Positions 12,301 to 26,319 of a stretch of 64,000 nucleotides of DNA are shown one piece after another. Numbering within the stretch: position 1 is the first letter of the stretch; each line of letters opens with the position of its first letter. Source of the DNA: Okamejei kenojei (lineage: Eukaryota). The notes under the pieces were generated by a model. The model searched no databases and was not told the origin of the DNA. It saw only the letters and a list, made by a program, of their open reading frames with translations. The stretch is from positions 372,001 through 436,000 of the forward strand of contig JAVHYY010000086.1 in the NCBI GenBank assembly GCA_035221665.1, given 5' to 3'. The position numbers were made by a program, and so were the translations under genes.

Positions 12301-14559
12301 CCTGCACCTCGTCGAGTTGATGACTAGGGTGCCTAGGCAGGATGTCGCTGCGTGCCGCTCCAGCGGGGCTTCGCAACTCCCACGCGGACATGCCGTTGCT
12401 CCGTAGTCTTCCGGACGGTGGCGGCCCGCCTGTCTGGAAATACATGAGCGGCGAGGAGTGGGTTTCAGCCGCCGAAGCAGGGTGCACCGACGTCCGCCTG
12501 GGCTTGCCGCCTGTCCTCCCCGAGAGAAAGACGATGTTCGGTCACGTCCAGCCGCTAACGCGGGGTGCGGTGACCGAAATGATATTCCACCAGCCCGCGA
12601 TCTCGCAGGCTCCTCCAATGGCGAGTCTGCGCCGGCCGCACCTGCGGGGCTCCCAGACTCAGGCCTCGATCCCTCACCGGTCCGCGATCTGGCGGACTGC
12701 TGCGGTGGCAAGTCGACGCCGGCCGCTGCAGCGGGGCACTCCGATTTTTGTGCGGTCCTTCCCCTGGGCCGCCCTCTGGTGACCTGTATAGTAGGGGAGA
12801 CAGAACGTGCCGCAGAGCGGGTAACACGTTTACGCACCTTTTTCCCACTGCCCCTATGCTTAGGTAACAGTGGTAGGGGTCAGGGTCATCCCTACCCTGC
12901 TCCCGCGCGGTGCTCCTACCACTGTGCGGCTCCATGGATAGCCGTGGTGGAGAGTCAGGTCCTGGTAGAGTAGGGCTCCCCGACTTCCGCGTCCTTTTCC
13001 CGACCCGACGAGCGGGTGCTGCCGTTGTCTCCTGTCGGAAGTGCAGCAGTTGGAGGTATTTCTTGAACTCCCACCCATCGTCCCTGTGAACGAAAATTGG
13101 ATTCACAGGATCTACCCAACTCAAGGATAGTTCCTCTTACCTGAGCGGTCCTTTTTGAAGGGCTGGTGGAGGAGCGCACTCCCCCCCCCCCCCCCCCTCA
13201 GCCGTCGACTGCAACTGCGAGCGACGATATGGCGCGCATGCGTGCTGGCGGGGTCTTCAGGAAGTCACTCACGTGACTCCGAAATGAAATACCTCCACTG
13301 ATAATCAACTTGTGTGATTTTAAAAAAAACTTGTCTGATTTTAACCCTCCATAACTCCTCGGGGTTTTTTTCGCTGCAGAGGGAAACATCGGCTTATCAA
13401 GTCCATCTCACAATTCACACCGTCCAATATTAGTACCATTCTTGTGAATAGAGTTGCATACTCCCTAGTTTAAATCGATTTTTAATAAATTATTTCGAAA
13501 AAGAATATCCCTGTGCTGTGCTGTTTCATGAAAGGTTTTTTTCTGTGAATTGCTTACTTTGAGTGCAGCAAACATGCCACTTCTTTCTTAGGTCAACACT
13601 TTCTTCTGAATGATCTATCCCCAAACATGTACCGCCGTCACTCTCCTTCATCGGTTCTATCACATCAACATTCTTCATATTTCCAACGGATCAATGCATT
13701 GAGATGAATTCGCCCTAATATCTGGAATAACATCAAACGCTGTTCACCTCTCAGTTTTATGAATTAACACATTTCTTTAAAGATAATCTGTTGATCAAGA
13801 ACATTTTTTGCCGATTTTTATTTCTGGTCGTTTGTCACATAATATTTGCTTATCCTTTATTTCATGAAATGCCAACAGTTGAAATATATCAATGCTGCTG
13901 TTGCAGCTGAATTGTATACGATGTCCTCTAGAGGTTTCCCTGTGATTTACATAATGTAGACCGCTGCCAAAGATTATTTCTCTTTCATTTTGAAATCCAG
14001 GATCATATTATTAATGGATGCATGTTAAGTGAATGGAACGGTGTGGGGAAAATGCATTACAAATACTACAAATAAAATGTTGTATTACATCGCAGCATGT
14101 GTGGATAAATGCTATATGACATGTGTTTTGCTGCATCTTCGTGCCACGTATTTACATTTAAAAATAGAATGTGTTGTTGCTGGAGAAATCGAAGGGGGAT
14201 AAAAATGCTGGAAACATTCAGCGGGCGAAGCAGCATCTATGAAGCGAAGGAATCGATGACGTTTCGGGTCGAGACCGATCAGTCTGAATGGTCTCGATCC
14301 GAAACGGCACCTATTCCTTTGCTAATATATTTGGTCGTTCATTGGATCTGGCACAGGTTAATTCTCTTCAGATTCAGGTTTAGGTGCATTGTTGTTATGT
14401 CTCTCCGAGAGCTTTAAAAGGTTTTGGTTTTCAAGCAATCCAATCAATATTATAAACAAATACAAACAATTCAATCTCAGTAACAGGTAGTGTAAAAGGG
14501 GAAATCGGAGTGCAGCGCGTTGTTCAAGTTTAGGAGCGCACTGCGGCGTATCAGATTCA

Positions 14560-15090
14560 CAAAGCACAATGTCCGCAAGTGGATAGAGGTGAATCGGCAA
14601 TACCCTGGCATATGAAAGAGCGGCTCAGAAGCCTGACAACAGAGGGGTAGAATCTGTTCTGGAGTCTGATGGAGCGAAATTTCAGCCTTCTGTATCTTCT
14701 GCCGACGGGAGCAGGAAGTAGAAGGAATGAGCGGGGTGAGACGTGTCTTTGAACATGTGGCATCCGTTTCCCAGGCATTGTGAACTGCAAATGCAGCCAA
14801 CAGTGCGGGGTTCACTTCGTGATATGGACCCGGCTTCTTCCAGAACTATCTGCAATGTATTGGTTATAGGGCAGATACGTCCCCACAACTAGCTGTGATG
14901 CACCCACAGTAAGCGTTCTATGCTAATCTGTATCAGCATGTTTGAGTCATCAGAGGCAGGTGAACGTTCCTCAGACTTCTCAGTAATGGTGTTCGTCTGC
15001 CGTTGACTGTTCCTTCCATGTGGTCGTCCATGAAATATCGTTGGTAATATTAACTCCTTTATTATTTGATAATATTAACTCCAAAGCGTG
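14560..15090 (-). mobile_element. Rex1/Babar-like LINE 3' fragment
   Basis: FKDTSHPAHSFYFLLPS and RLQNRFYPSVVRLL C-terminal motifs, similar to IIKDSSHPA...LLPSG at 48870-48925. Confidence 0.6.
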
Positions 15091-16489
15091 TGTTAACTCC
15101 CGGTGCCCCGGTTTGCGCCCACGTCCTAAAGGCATGCGGGTTTGTAGGTTAATGAACCTTCTGTAAATTTCTCCACGTTTGTAGAGAGTTGTCCGAAAGA
15201 GAGATAACATAGAAATAGTGTGTACGGATTTTCGATGGCGGCCTGTTTCCATGTAACACCCATCCCCAACTCCGCATCCTAATCCCTCCCTGGTTTCTCT
15301 CCGCTGTGAAACCATTCCCCCAACATCAACTACCCCCCATCCTTTACCTCAAATATTAAATGTATGGATGTTCGCCTCGCCCGTTCACCGTCCCCAACCT
15401 CTTATGGTTCCCCAATGGTTTTAGTTGCACTTCCTTGAATTGTGGGAATAGAGCAGGTATATAATTAGCTGTTGCATCTACATCAACAAGAAACTGAAAA
15501 TGCTAGTTAACAAAGATATCGTCCTCCATGGGAAAGTGATGCACGTTGGAGGGACCATTGCTGATAACTTTGAAAAAAGTAAAAGTTACGCATTTTTGCA
15601 CTAACGGTCATCTCGTGTGATTGTTTTGTTTAAAATTAAGTATTTGGGTGAAATTGTTAGCGATTAGAGCGTACATTGTAGGAACAGCGTTATGCCCGAT
15701 ACACAGAGATTGCAAAGATGTAGGGAGGACTCAAGAGAGAACAGTAAATGGACGGTTGGGCAAAGGGTCGGTAAATGGGCAACGGAAGACAATGTGAGAA
15801 GTGTGTTGTTTTGCAATTGCAAACCAAAGCAAGCAGGGATTGGATAAAATCGAGGAAATAATACCCAGCGAGCAGTTTAAATATTTGCCTTCGAGCAACA
15901 TTCCGTCTTCTATGTGAGAAAAACTTCTACTGAGTCAGTTGGAATTATTTGAATTGAACTCTTGTCAGCAGTTCAGAGAAGCCTCCACATACTTTGCTGA
16001 GAAGTGTTCTTCCTTCTGTGCGTTCTCGTAATGCAAAAAACGATTTTAGAATTGTGAAATTCCGCCAAACGCATTTAAACTATTTAACGCCTGATGCAAT
16101 GTCCTCTGTTAATCTCTCCATCCATTTAAATATAAATATATTTTAAAATAAATAGAATAATACTAAATCCTATTATAATATTTTTTAATATATTATATTT
16201 GTATGGACTATAGACAATAGACAATATGGGCAGGAGTAGGCTATTCGGCCCTTCCAGCCAGCACCGCCATTCAATGTGATCATGGCTGATCAACCCCAAT
16301 TCGTACCCCGTTCCTGCCTTCTCCCCGCATCTCCTGACTCCGCTATGTTATTTTTATATGTATTCATATGTGTTTTAATATTAATATTTATGTTTATTAA
16401 TATTTATGGTCAGGGTTTATTTATGACTTGTCACTTCTCATCACCTTCCGCACAAATCTATCCAAAACATTGTTTATTATCAAACCAGC

Positions 16490-16795
16490 AGAGGTGCGGC
16501 AGCGGTAGCGTAGCTGTTCTGTACCGCCAGAGATCCGGTTTTGATCCTGACCATTGTTGTTGCCTGCACGGAGTTTGTCCGTTATCCGCGAGATCCATTG
16601 TCCGTTCTCCCCGTTGGTTTTTATCCGTGTGCTCCGGTTTCCTCGACTTCTCCAAAGACGTATCGATTTGTAGGTTAATTGGTTTCGGTAAAGTGGTAAA
16701 TTATCCCCTGTGTGTAGGATAGTGTTAGTGTGCGGAAGTCGCTGCTCAACGCGAACTCGGTGGGCCGAGGGGCCTGTTTCCGCGCTGTATCTGTA
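16490..16795 (+). mobile_element. tRNA-derived SINE (HE1/V-SINE-like)
   Basis: Degenerate A/B-box head, GTGCTCCGGTTTCCTC core, and a CR1-derived 3' tail TGGGCCGAGGGGCCTGTTTCCGCGCTGTATCT. Other copies at about 1400-1640, 15100-15255 and 24985-25200 (-). Confidence 0.7.
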
Positions 16796-18536
16796 AAGGA
16801 AATATATGTGTGTGTATATACATATTATTGTACGAATGTGGGAGAAGCAGTCTACCAGAAGGTTATCACGAATTGTGGTCTGGGTACTTACAAAGAAAAT
16901 TATAGATAGCCTCAAAAAGAAGAGATGATGAGCATGGAACGGTTGAGGAACGGAACTGTGAACCTATTGCTATCGAGAGCTGAAGGCTTGGCTGTTGGAT
17001 TCAAAGTATTCAGCGTTTAATTGTAAATAAGGTTATGGAAAGATGTGTGCAGAAGTTGCCGACAAGTCAAAAGTCACGATTCAACCGTGATCCTCATAAA
17101 TACCTTAGCTGGCACAAACAGCAGAATGATCCTTTATTGTTCGTAATGTTACATTTTAATTGGAAGCCTTCTCCATTTTTCTTAATGTCTGCCCAACTGC
17201 GGAGTCCTACCCGCGATGCACTGGAGTCTAAGAAGCTTCTTTTCGAGCTTTTTCCTCTTGTTTTTTTATTCTGCACTCTTTGCCTCTGTAGAGCTGCAGC
17301 ATCTACGCTGCGGTAGTGGCTTGGGAGATAAATGCCAGACCAATCAGACAAGCGAACCTCCTCCGTTTACCGCCCCGACTACTAGACTTCCTTAAAATAT
17401 AATTAGATTCCCTTGCTTGTATAAACACCATCCGCTACCGTTGGTAACACCTGGTGAAGAGTGAATCTTTAATTTACATTGTAACCTAATTATATTAAGC
17501 AGATTTGTAACCTGCGAAATCAGAGATGGGTTTAGAGAAGAATAATGTGATGAGGGGGAACAGTCGAGGACCGGAATAGTAGAGCTATAGGCATTCATAA
17601 TTGTAGGCGTGGCGCGTGGAAACAACGGATGGAGGGTTTGTTGGTAAATCAAGTTCAGAAAATAATGCTTTAGAAGGTGGCGCTGATCCCAATGGATATC
17701 AAAACAGCAAGCGCTCAAAACAGATATGGGGTTTGAACAATGATACTGGTACGCCGAATTTACCTACTTCACCTCCGCCATTCGCCTCGGCAGAGATTCA
17801 GTGTCGGCGCTGCATCAATGAAGGTGGGACATTAATGCAAATCAATTCAGAATCCCTTTACCACACAGGGAAACTTACTCTCTTTACCGCCATCTATTGG
17901 ACACTCGTCTGTTACACTCTGCTTCCATTAAAAATATAATTAGTAATGCCAACTTGTATGAAAAGCGCCCACTACCTTTGGCTGCACCTGGTGCAGAGTT
18001 AATTATTGTAATGAAAACCGAAATGTAATGCGCCACTGTAAGAAGCAATGACGCATTACATTGAGTGCGAGAAGCAAAAATAAAATCGACCACACATTAA
18101 CGTAAATGTTGCAACAAGAATTTCATTAAACACTGTGCATTTACATACGTAACCATGGAACGTCTGAAAGAAGAGCAGAGGAATGGAACATGCAGTATTT
18201 AGGACCACAACTCAATGTCTGTTTTCATTGCGTGCTGGAGACCTTGCCGCTGGGTTCAAAGGAAAGTGGAAACAGTTAACGGCGAGGCTCAATTCCGGAA
18301 ACATTGCTCCAGCACAACATAGCACACGGTTCCACATGGCCGCCCTTCCCTTTGGGCATTTTTGACAGCGCACCCGTGTCACATGTTAAATAGATGGCCA
18401 CATATGCATTCTAGTGCATGGGACGCGTTCAGATTGTATTTCCAAGCCATTTTTTGGGAAGTTGATGCGGAAAGATTTCAGAGAAAACTCTTTAATTACC
18501 TAGTTTTTGCACTCACGAATGGATTAGTATTGTAAT

Positions 18537-19448
18537 ATTATTTTAAACCACGTTCCCTCGATTTTATTAAGCGTACAGTTAGGGTGAAGGGTCATTCGAG
18601 TGCCTGGAGCAGCTGCTCTCTGAACCTCCTCTGGGTCACAGTGTAAATGAGCGTGTTTGTTCAGGTGTTCAACAGTTGTAGCATAATTCCAGTTTCTTAA
18701 AGTATTGGAAATGGGTTCTTCAAACCCCTGTACACAAATGCAATCGTAATTCGACAGAGAAGGAAATATGCTACAGTTGTTCCCCAGAGCAGCATGAGCT
18801 GCTGGAGATTGCAAGGAGTAAAATTAAGGACCGTCTACGGTTTGCGATCTCGGGGTCCTCACTACTGAGATCGCGGAGTTTTCTACGGACACGACTGGCC
18901 ACTAAAATGCGTCTGACAGTGAGCATGTTCATCAGCATAATCAAACAAAACGGAATAACTGGGGTCAGCAGCTGTTGAGTCCAGGAAATGCTATCCACGA
19001 GGGTAGAATATAAAAGTGATATCGTATTCGGCAACCCCACAGTATACCCTGCTTATTCCTGAGATAATAATTGTACGCAAAATGCCAGGGCGCGTTCGGT
19101 AAACAGAAGAACGCAGATAGGGTCACAATAACCACCACCGCGGTTCTCTCGGTGCAATATCTGGTTCTCAGATTCTGAGTGGAAATGGCCACCAAGCGAT
19201 CAAATGTGAAAGCTACCGTGAGCCAAGCAGAACAGGCTACGGCTGCGGGAGCGAGGAACATAATGGACCTGCACACAGTATAGTGGAAGAGGAATGTGTC
19301 CACCCAGTAAAGGTCGGCAATCCGATGTAATATCACTTCGCAGACGATCACTGAGAGGTCCACCGTTGCCAAGGCCACCAGGTGACGAGTGGTGCATTTA
19401 GAGAGACCAACGTTTCTGCGGGAAGGATCACAATCGCCAGCAAGTTCA
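18537..19448 (-). pseudogene. GPR139/GPR142-like class A GPCR pseudogene (main exon)
   Basis: Acceptor ...CCCCAG then (V)NLLAIVIL, GLSKCTTRHL, FTFDRLVAIS and WTQQLLTPVIPF, homologous to the 36974 and 52122 genes. At least three frameshifts (about 19420, 18985, 18797) and in-frame TAA/TGA codons in the TM7 region. Exon 1 was not found. Confidence 0.88.
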
Positions 19449-22400
19449 CTGGGGTTGTAGAAAAGAGAAAACTGTCGTTCCATATAAGGGAAACGCGATG
19501 CTAATTTGGAGGCGGGCGTCAGTTTTAGGTACGCTTTGCTTACTTGTTCGAAAACAATTGGCCTACATGCAAACCTGCGTGCGTGCTAAGGAGCTGGGCG
19601 TATTAGCTCGCAGCGGTATTCGCAAGCAGCGTGAGCTGTCTACCAGCCACCATTGATGTACCTCAGACTGCATATTGCAGCAACATGCCCGCATCAACAC
19701 CATCGGCCTGGACCTATACCCTTCCCGGGGATAGCCAGGAAACATGGAGTGGAAAGTTAGATTCCCATTTATCCACTGGAGCACTTACCTTTAACACTAT
19801 TCCCATCCAAACCCATTGATAAACTCCCAAGCCCAGAGATCCGTACACCAGCTTAATCAGTGAGGATTAGTGATAACACCCCTTCCACAATAATTCTCAA
19901 CAACGGTGCCGCATAAATATGCCTTCTCCCTCCCCGACGCTTCACCCTGTACACACACGATCTCGACGCAAAATTCGACTGCGACTGCTCCGACAAGTTT
20001 CCAGGTAAGCACTATCTCTACGTCAGTATCAACAAGACGAAGGAGCAAGTTATCGATTTCACGAATATCGGTGGATCGCCGGCACCATCAACGTTGCTGA
20101 AGTGGAAGTGATTGAGGACGTCAAGTTCCTCGGAGTTAATATTACCAACACCTTTGCTCGCTTTCCTAAAATTGTGAAATGGACGGTGATTTCCTTTGGT
20201 TTGAATGTACTCCCTGATACTGCGCTCACGAACAAACATTCCGCCTAACAGTCAATTAATCAACTGAGAAACAGTTTGAAGGGAAGTGTAGTGAATAACA
20301 CGACTAAAGTTAGTGTAAATCGGGTGCACCTTTCGGATCAGCATTTGCTTATTGGTTTGCAACATTTGCAGGGACGGTGTACAGTGGAGTCTGAAGAACG
20401 GTTTCGGCCCGAAACGTTGCCTATTTCCTTCACTCCATAGATGCTGCTGCACCCGCTGAGTTTCTCCAGCATTTTTCTGCACAGTGGAGATTACCTGCAT
20501 GCGATGCGATGGTCGTTGAATAATGTCCACAATGAAAATTAACGAAATTTAAAGCCATAAAAAGGGAGACCATATGGAAACAAATATAGGTGCGGGTAAT
20601 GTAATCGCCCGAGGTATAAGCACATACAGCCTTTATCGCTCAACCTACTTTGGCTGTTATTTCACTTAACAATATTGCAAGGACCATTCTCTACCAGTCC
20701 CAGTAAACGGCAAACGGTGAAATGCATTAAAACCATACAATAACTACATTATCTTCTGGTTATTCCCCAAACCCCATTCCCTGAATACAGCCGAGTATCT
20801 AGTACATGTTGTCACATTATTTTAACTTTATCTTCAACAATACCGCTTCCCAATCAAATGTCGTCACTGTTATCCCACATTAAACCATCAAGTGCATACC
20901 GGGTACTCCAATTGATGCCTGGGTTAGGTAATAATAATATTCAACCGACATGTGCATCCGACCCATTTCTCCTTCAAAGCGACCTCGGAAATGCAGTACA
21001 AAGCTTAGATAAGTCATAGTGGGAGGTTAAACCGCTTGACATTTATAACCCAAGAAGAAGATTAACGAGTTATTGCGATTACCTCCCTGTGAACATTCAT
21101 CACGGATTTTGCTCCCGTGTGATGTCATACGACAACAATCACGAGGGTGGCGTTCACTGCACATGCACCAATTGTGCACGTACAAAACAAACACACTGTA
21201 AAGTAGGATTGCGAATAATATTGCTGAATTTAAATATGTTCCACGGGGTTGCAGCTGCAGAATTGTCCGACAGAAATATTAGTCAACAACGCACGATCCA
21301 AGGAGGAACTGCAGATGCTGCAATGAACGGAAGGTAGACAGAAAAAGCTGGACTAACTCAGCGGGACTGACAGTATCTTTGGAGAGAAGAAATGGGTGGT
21401 GGTTCGGGTCGAGACGTTCTTCACTCTTAAGAAGGGTCTCGAACCGAAACGCCACTCCAGCTCTTTCTGCCTATCGTTTGTTGATTTGAAGAACTTGAAC
21501 TACAGTTCCCAGACACAAACCCAATCGCTTAACAGTCACCCATTATCAATTTTGTCCCAGTTGTTTCCAGTGGGCCCTGTTGCACCGTTAATTAGAACTG
21601 TTCTTGTGAGTGTTCTTATTTACATTCTTCAGGGTGAAAGATCAGGGGGAAACCTATGATCTCTGTTCCTCGACGCACCTACTCTGAAAAGATACTCTGC
21701 ATCTTCCCGATCTTATTTTCTATACTTTGTACGTCTCTATAAGAACAGCCCTCATCCTCCTGCACTCCATGAAATAGAAACCCAGCCTACAGAACCTCTC
21801 CTCATGGCTCACACCCTCTCGTCTAGGAAGTATGCTCATAATGTTTTCTGAACCCTTTCAAGCTTGACAAAATCTTTCCTATAACAAATAATGGTGCCCA
21901 GAACATAACGAAAATATTAGTGTGCAGGAACTGATTGTTGGTCTGCACTGTCCTTGAACTGAACTGTTGGTCTGCGTAATAAAATGTAATCATGCATCCT
22001 TGATTTCCTCTCAGGATTTCGCATTTCGATAAAATACCTCAGTTCAGAATCGCATCGTTCTACTCTTCTCCATTGAAGACTCACGTCTCTCCACTGTTTC
22101 ATTCTATGTCTTCCCTGTCTCACAGAAGTCCCTTCTACGCTTTCCATTGTGCGACGCGTCTCCTTGTAATGTCGTGAGAGGATCAGGGCGCAATACATAA
22201 AGAGTTCCCTGCGAGTCTGTTACCAATTCTGGCATAACTTCTTTGTACTTCGCTTCTGTACTGTGGACCCTTTAACAGAAGTGATTTCAACAACAATTCG
22301 CTACTAGACGCATCATGGCATACCACAGCGGAAGACAAAATACTTGCTGACTGTGTAAATTTTATTGGGGGTTCTCATCCCCTGTCCGTTTACGTACCTA

Positions 22401-23349
22401 CCGTGCCTTCCGATGCCTGCGTTCGATATGCATGTTCACGCACATCTACCAAACATCCATCTAAGTTGTTGCAGTCAGACGTGGTCGTGCCGTCCGAGCT
22501 ACCTTCTAAGGACCATTTGGGACGACGAGCGAGCATACTCTGCCGTACTTGCTTGCTTACCGTCTGTTGTCAGCTCCCAATCTCGATTGTAACCCACTAG
22601 GCTGTTTCAGTCGCTTTTTGGAGGCTTATAATTGTTAATCAACATGATCAATATGTCTGGCTACAGTGATTATCTTACCGTCGTTGTATTGTTAGATTAG
22701 ATTACGGAATTCCGAATGTAGTACAAATGGATGAGTGAATTATCCAGCATTATAATCATAAAACAAATGTATGCTCTTTAATAAAACGAACATAAATACT
22801 TAGTACAGTAAAGAACCAACTGCCTCAAACTCTCCTTCGGTAAGCCAACATCGTTTTTTTTTTCATTGTCTGCTGTGATCAGTCTCTGTTTCAAGAAAAC
22901 AGCCACCCAAGTGGATACAGGAATGCATTCTGTTCACAATAAGCAGTGAATAAACTCTGAGATTGACAGCAAAACCAAGAACATGGTTAACTTAGAAGCA
23001 TCTACATTATTTTTTTTCCTACGGCCTCCTTTCTGTTTCTCACGCGAGAGATACTTTAAGATGTATTTATTCCCTCAATGCACGAAAGTTTCTCTTTTGT
23101 CAAGTAGTGGGTCTCCTAAATGAACGAGTTTAGCGTCAATTTGCTTTCAATGGAGAAGTGGTTTCTCCAGGTATCTCACCGAAAGCAGACAGTCACTACC
23201 GGAAATAGACAGAGTCAAGACACTGTGTAAATTCATCTCTGACTGCGTCTCCTACCCGCACACAAGCTGTGAATTTCGCGGCAGCTGCCCAAGCCGCAAT
23301 GAACGACATCCATCCACGAGATAGCAGCTGTGCGCTTGAAATTCTCGCC

Positions 23350-23388
23350 AGTTATTGTACGAGTATATAGTCCATTCTCATCACTGTG
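23350..23388 (-). promoter_or_regulatory. V recombination signal sequence (23-nt spacer)
   Basis: Minus strand: CACAGTG (23388-23382), 23-nt spacer, ACAATAACT (23358-23350). Confidence 0.92.
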
Positions 23389-24362
23389 ACCTACTGCGCA
23401 GTAATAAACTGCCGTATCAGTCAGACGCAGTCCCGAAATTGTCAATCGATATTTTTTCTCCGACTGCTGGACTGAGTCCGAAAAACGATTTCGAGCGAAT
23501 TCAGCCTTCAGCTCAGAGCCACCGTTAGTGTATCGCCGGACCACAAACTCGGGCTGCCCGCCAGGATACTGGCGATACCAGAATAAGTAATAATTATCCT
23601 TAGAATAGGTACATGTGAAAGTGACGCTTTGACCCTCTGTATATGTGAGCGGACCCTCCTCTTGGGTGACGGAATCTGAGTCAACCAGACCTGGAACACA
23701 TTATAGTGAGTGAAGAATTAATGATACAAAGTAAACACACACGACTTTGGGAAAACGTAGCGACTCTTCGACAACGTTAGGCAACAATAAGAGCACACTA
23801 TTCCTGTCATAGCAAACTGAGTTTGACCGTGTGGAAATCCTACATGAAAATTCACTATTACCAAAACCAATGCCAATGTTATTCATCTCATTCTACGTTG
23901 TATTGCCGCTCTTTACTGGAACATGTTTATATGTTTTGTAATATACTGTCTTGTGCTGCACTTTCATTGATAACATCGTTTTTAATCCCCTGTATCATTT
24001 GTAAACGCATCATACATCTATTACGTGACAATTCTTCAGCGATACGAACGTTTTCTGTGTCTTCTGTAGGATGTGAGTACTTGACCTTTACTTTCCTGAT
24101 GACATTTATCTCAAAATATGCGTTTCGTCAAACTATGTTATGAAACTATCAGTTCACATTTCTTAATGGGGTTGCGGACAATACACGATGCCATACTTCT
24201 TTAACAAAGGAATTACCAAACCGTTCGATGTTGCTTTGAAATTAACTCCTTGGATCTTCATGCAGTCAGGCACTTGCCCTGGAAATGCAACAGTTTAGAG
24301 AAATCGCTCTTCTTACCGGCAACGAATGTAACCCACGCCGCCGCATGTAGCAATAGTCGCAT
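23389..24362 (-). CDS. TCR alpha/delta V gene segment, apparently functional: leader exon 24362-24317, V exon 23690-23389
   Basis: Leader MRLLLHAAAWVTFVA ends at a phase-1 GTAAGA; 626-nt intron; acceptor GTTCCAG. The V exon GLVDSDSVTQEEGPLTYTEGQSVTFTCTYSKDNYYLFWYRQYPGGQPEF...DTAVYYCAVG is open throughout. Confidence 0.93.
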
Positions 24363-24454
24363 GTTTATGAACTTGGTTGCAATAAATCAGGGTGTCTGAG
24401 ATACCCGCAGAGCGTCCGTCTGACAGCACTGCGTGCACTGACTGACACTTGCAC

Positions 24455-24462
24455 GACGTCAT
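24455..24462 (-). promoter_or_regulatory. CRE-like element in the V promoter
   Basis: Minus strand ATGACGTC(G), a near match to TGACGTCA, about 95 nt upstream of the leader ATG. CRE-like motifs are known in TCR V promoters. Confidence 0.4.
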
Positions 24463-26319
24463 TTCCTACAGAGAGCACACCAAATATAGCGAGCGATGCG
24501 GGGTTCGTCGTCACTCTCATAAGTAAAGAAAGGTGTTTATTGCAGACAACTCAGCCCTCAACGTGGATGTGTTTTGATACATGAAAATGAAAGAGAAGAC
24601 AATAGTTTGCTTGCTATCCTACCGATAAATCAATGGTAATACTCCTACGAATCACTGCATTACACCAGAGTCGAATTAACCTCTACTCACTGCAGGTCAA
24701 GTTCCAGATGACATGGGTGAGGACGTCAACAATGAATAACCGGGTAGACAAATTGATTTTCACGTCACACGAGAAATACCATGATGAATCCTTCAATGCC
24801 CCCTGAGAGAGTAAGGTATTGGATTCCCACTATCCGGCCACACTGTGGACAAACCAAATTAGTAGTGTTAAAAGGGGTCTAACTATGGTTCTACTTATAG
24901 TAAAAGAGGGAAGAATTACTCCTATTTGTAAGAATGAGTCTTTATCACGGTTTCCGCTTTAGTAAAAGCATTTAGTTTTAGTTTAGTTTAGTGATACTGC
25001 GCGGAAACATGCCCATCGGACCACCGAACCCACGCCGACCAACGATCCCCGCAGACAAACACTATCCTACAAACGCTTTGGACAATTTACATTTGCAGCA
25101 AGCCAATTAACGCAAAATCCGGTACGTCTTTGGAGTGTGGGAGGAAATCGAAGATCTCGGAGAAACCCCCCACGCAGCTCACGGCGTCCGTACGGAGAGC
25201 ACACTCTCAGTGAGAAATTCGGAGGCATTTAGTGTGAACAGCTGACACTTTATATGCTTCAACCCTTGTCAAATGATTTTTTTTCCAGCGTTCTGTTCTG
25301 ATATATTTACAAGACTTCTCTGCTCAGATGTGGGTTATGGACTACGTCACCCGGGCGGAGCGAACTGCGTTTGCCTACTGCGGGAAAAACATCGACAAGA
25401 AGATGTGCTGATCACTGGAACTACTAGGCGTTTCGGCAAATTGATGTCCGAGTTGTGTGCATATCATTGTACCTAACACACGCCGCAACAGATCAGGGCA
25501 AAGATGCGTTTTTCTTTTTGACGTAGCAGCAGTTGGAGTTCTTGGGACCCCGATATGAGTTTCGAGATTTTAACATTGTGAAAATTCAACACCATGATTA
25601 AAAAATTCAACAACATAAATATTCAACTATAGTATCAGGTAGCATATTGTGGCATTTAGACCATTTATTACAACTGATTTAAATTATTCTCAATTCGTTC
25701 TGCAAAGTGTCACGGTTGCAATGTAATCGAACGTAACACAATTCAATGTCCGATAACACAAATATATAACTTTATAACCATATAAACAAATAACCATAAT
25801 ATGCATTATATTATTCTAAAAAATAAACAATCCAACAAAAAATGAAACATACAAACGGATGTCTAATGTCTCTGCCATCCCATCACAATGGCATTTATAG
25901 TAATATTGTATGTACCATCTAAAATGATAATGTGTAAAATGCTTTAAAGCACAGATAATATGGTCACATTTACATTTCCGGTTTTGAATGATGTCCTCGG
26001 CGATTATAACTAAATTGAAGCTGACTTCATGTGGCATCGTGTTGATTTCTGCGGATTCGATGCTGAAACACACTGAGTTGAGAGACAGAGATGCCTGTAC
26101 AGTGGGGAGCGACACCGCATCTCTTTGTGAGATGCAGCTGAACCACGAATTGAATCAAAGCGCGCAGCGGCGGGGTCATGACCAAAGAGGGCTGAAGGAT
26201 ATAAAACAACATTAAAAAAAACATGTTCATCAAAGCGTCTCTAGTTAACTCAAAATAAGTTCCGGAATTGAACTAAAAACGGTTAATACGAAAAGTGTTC
26301 AAAGTGACAAACCGTTTCA

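Larger units (their letters stand above)
7886..13290 (-). mobile_element. DIRS1-like tyrosine-recombinase retrotransposon, full length but decayed
   Basis: Gene order on the minus strand is gag-like, RT, RNase H, methyltransferase-like, tyrosine recombinase. Inverted terminal repeats at about 7953-7990 and 13233-13271. Internal complementary region at about 8110-8222 matches both ends. Confidence 0.93.

Noticed and set aside
12203-13179. Multiple long overlapping GC-rich ORFs
   Set aside because: They lie within the GC-rich 5' region of the DIRS element, where stops are scarce; no independent gene signal.
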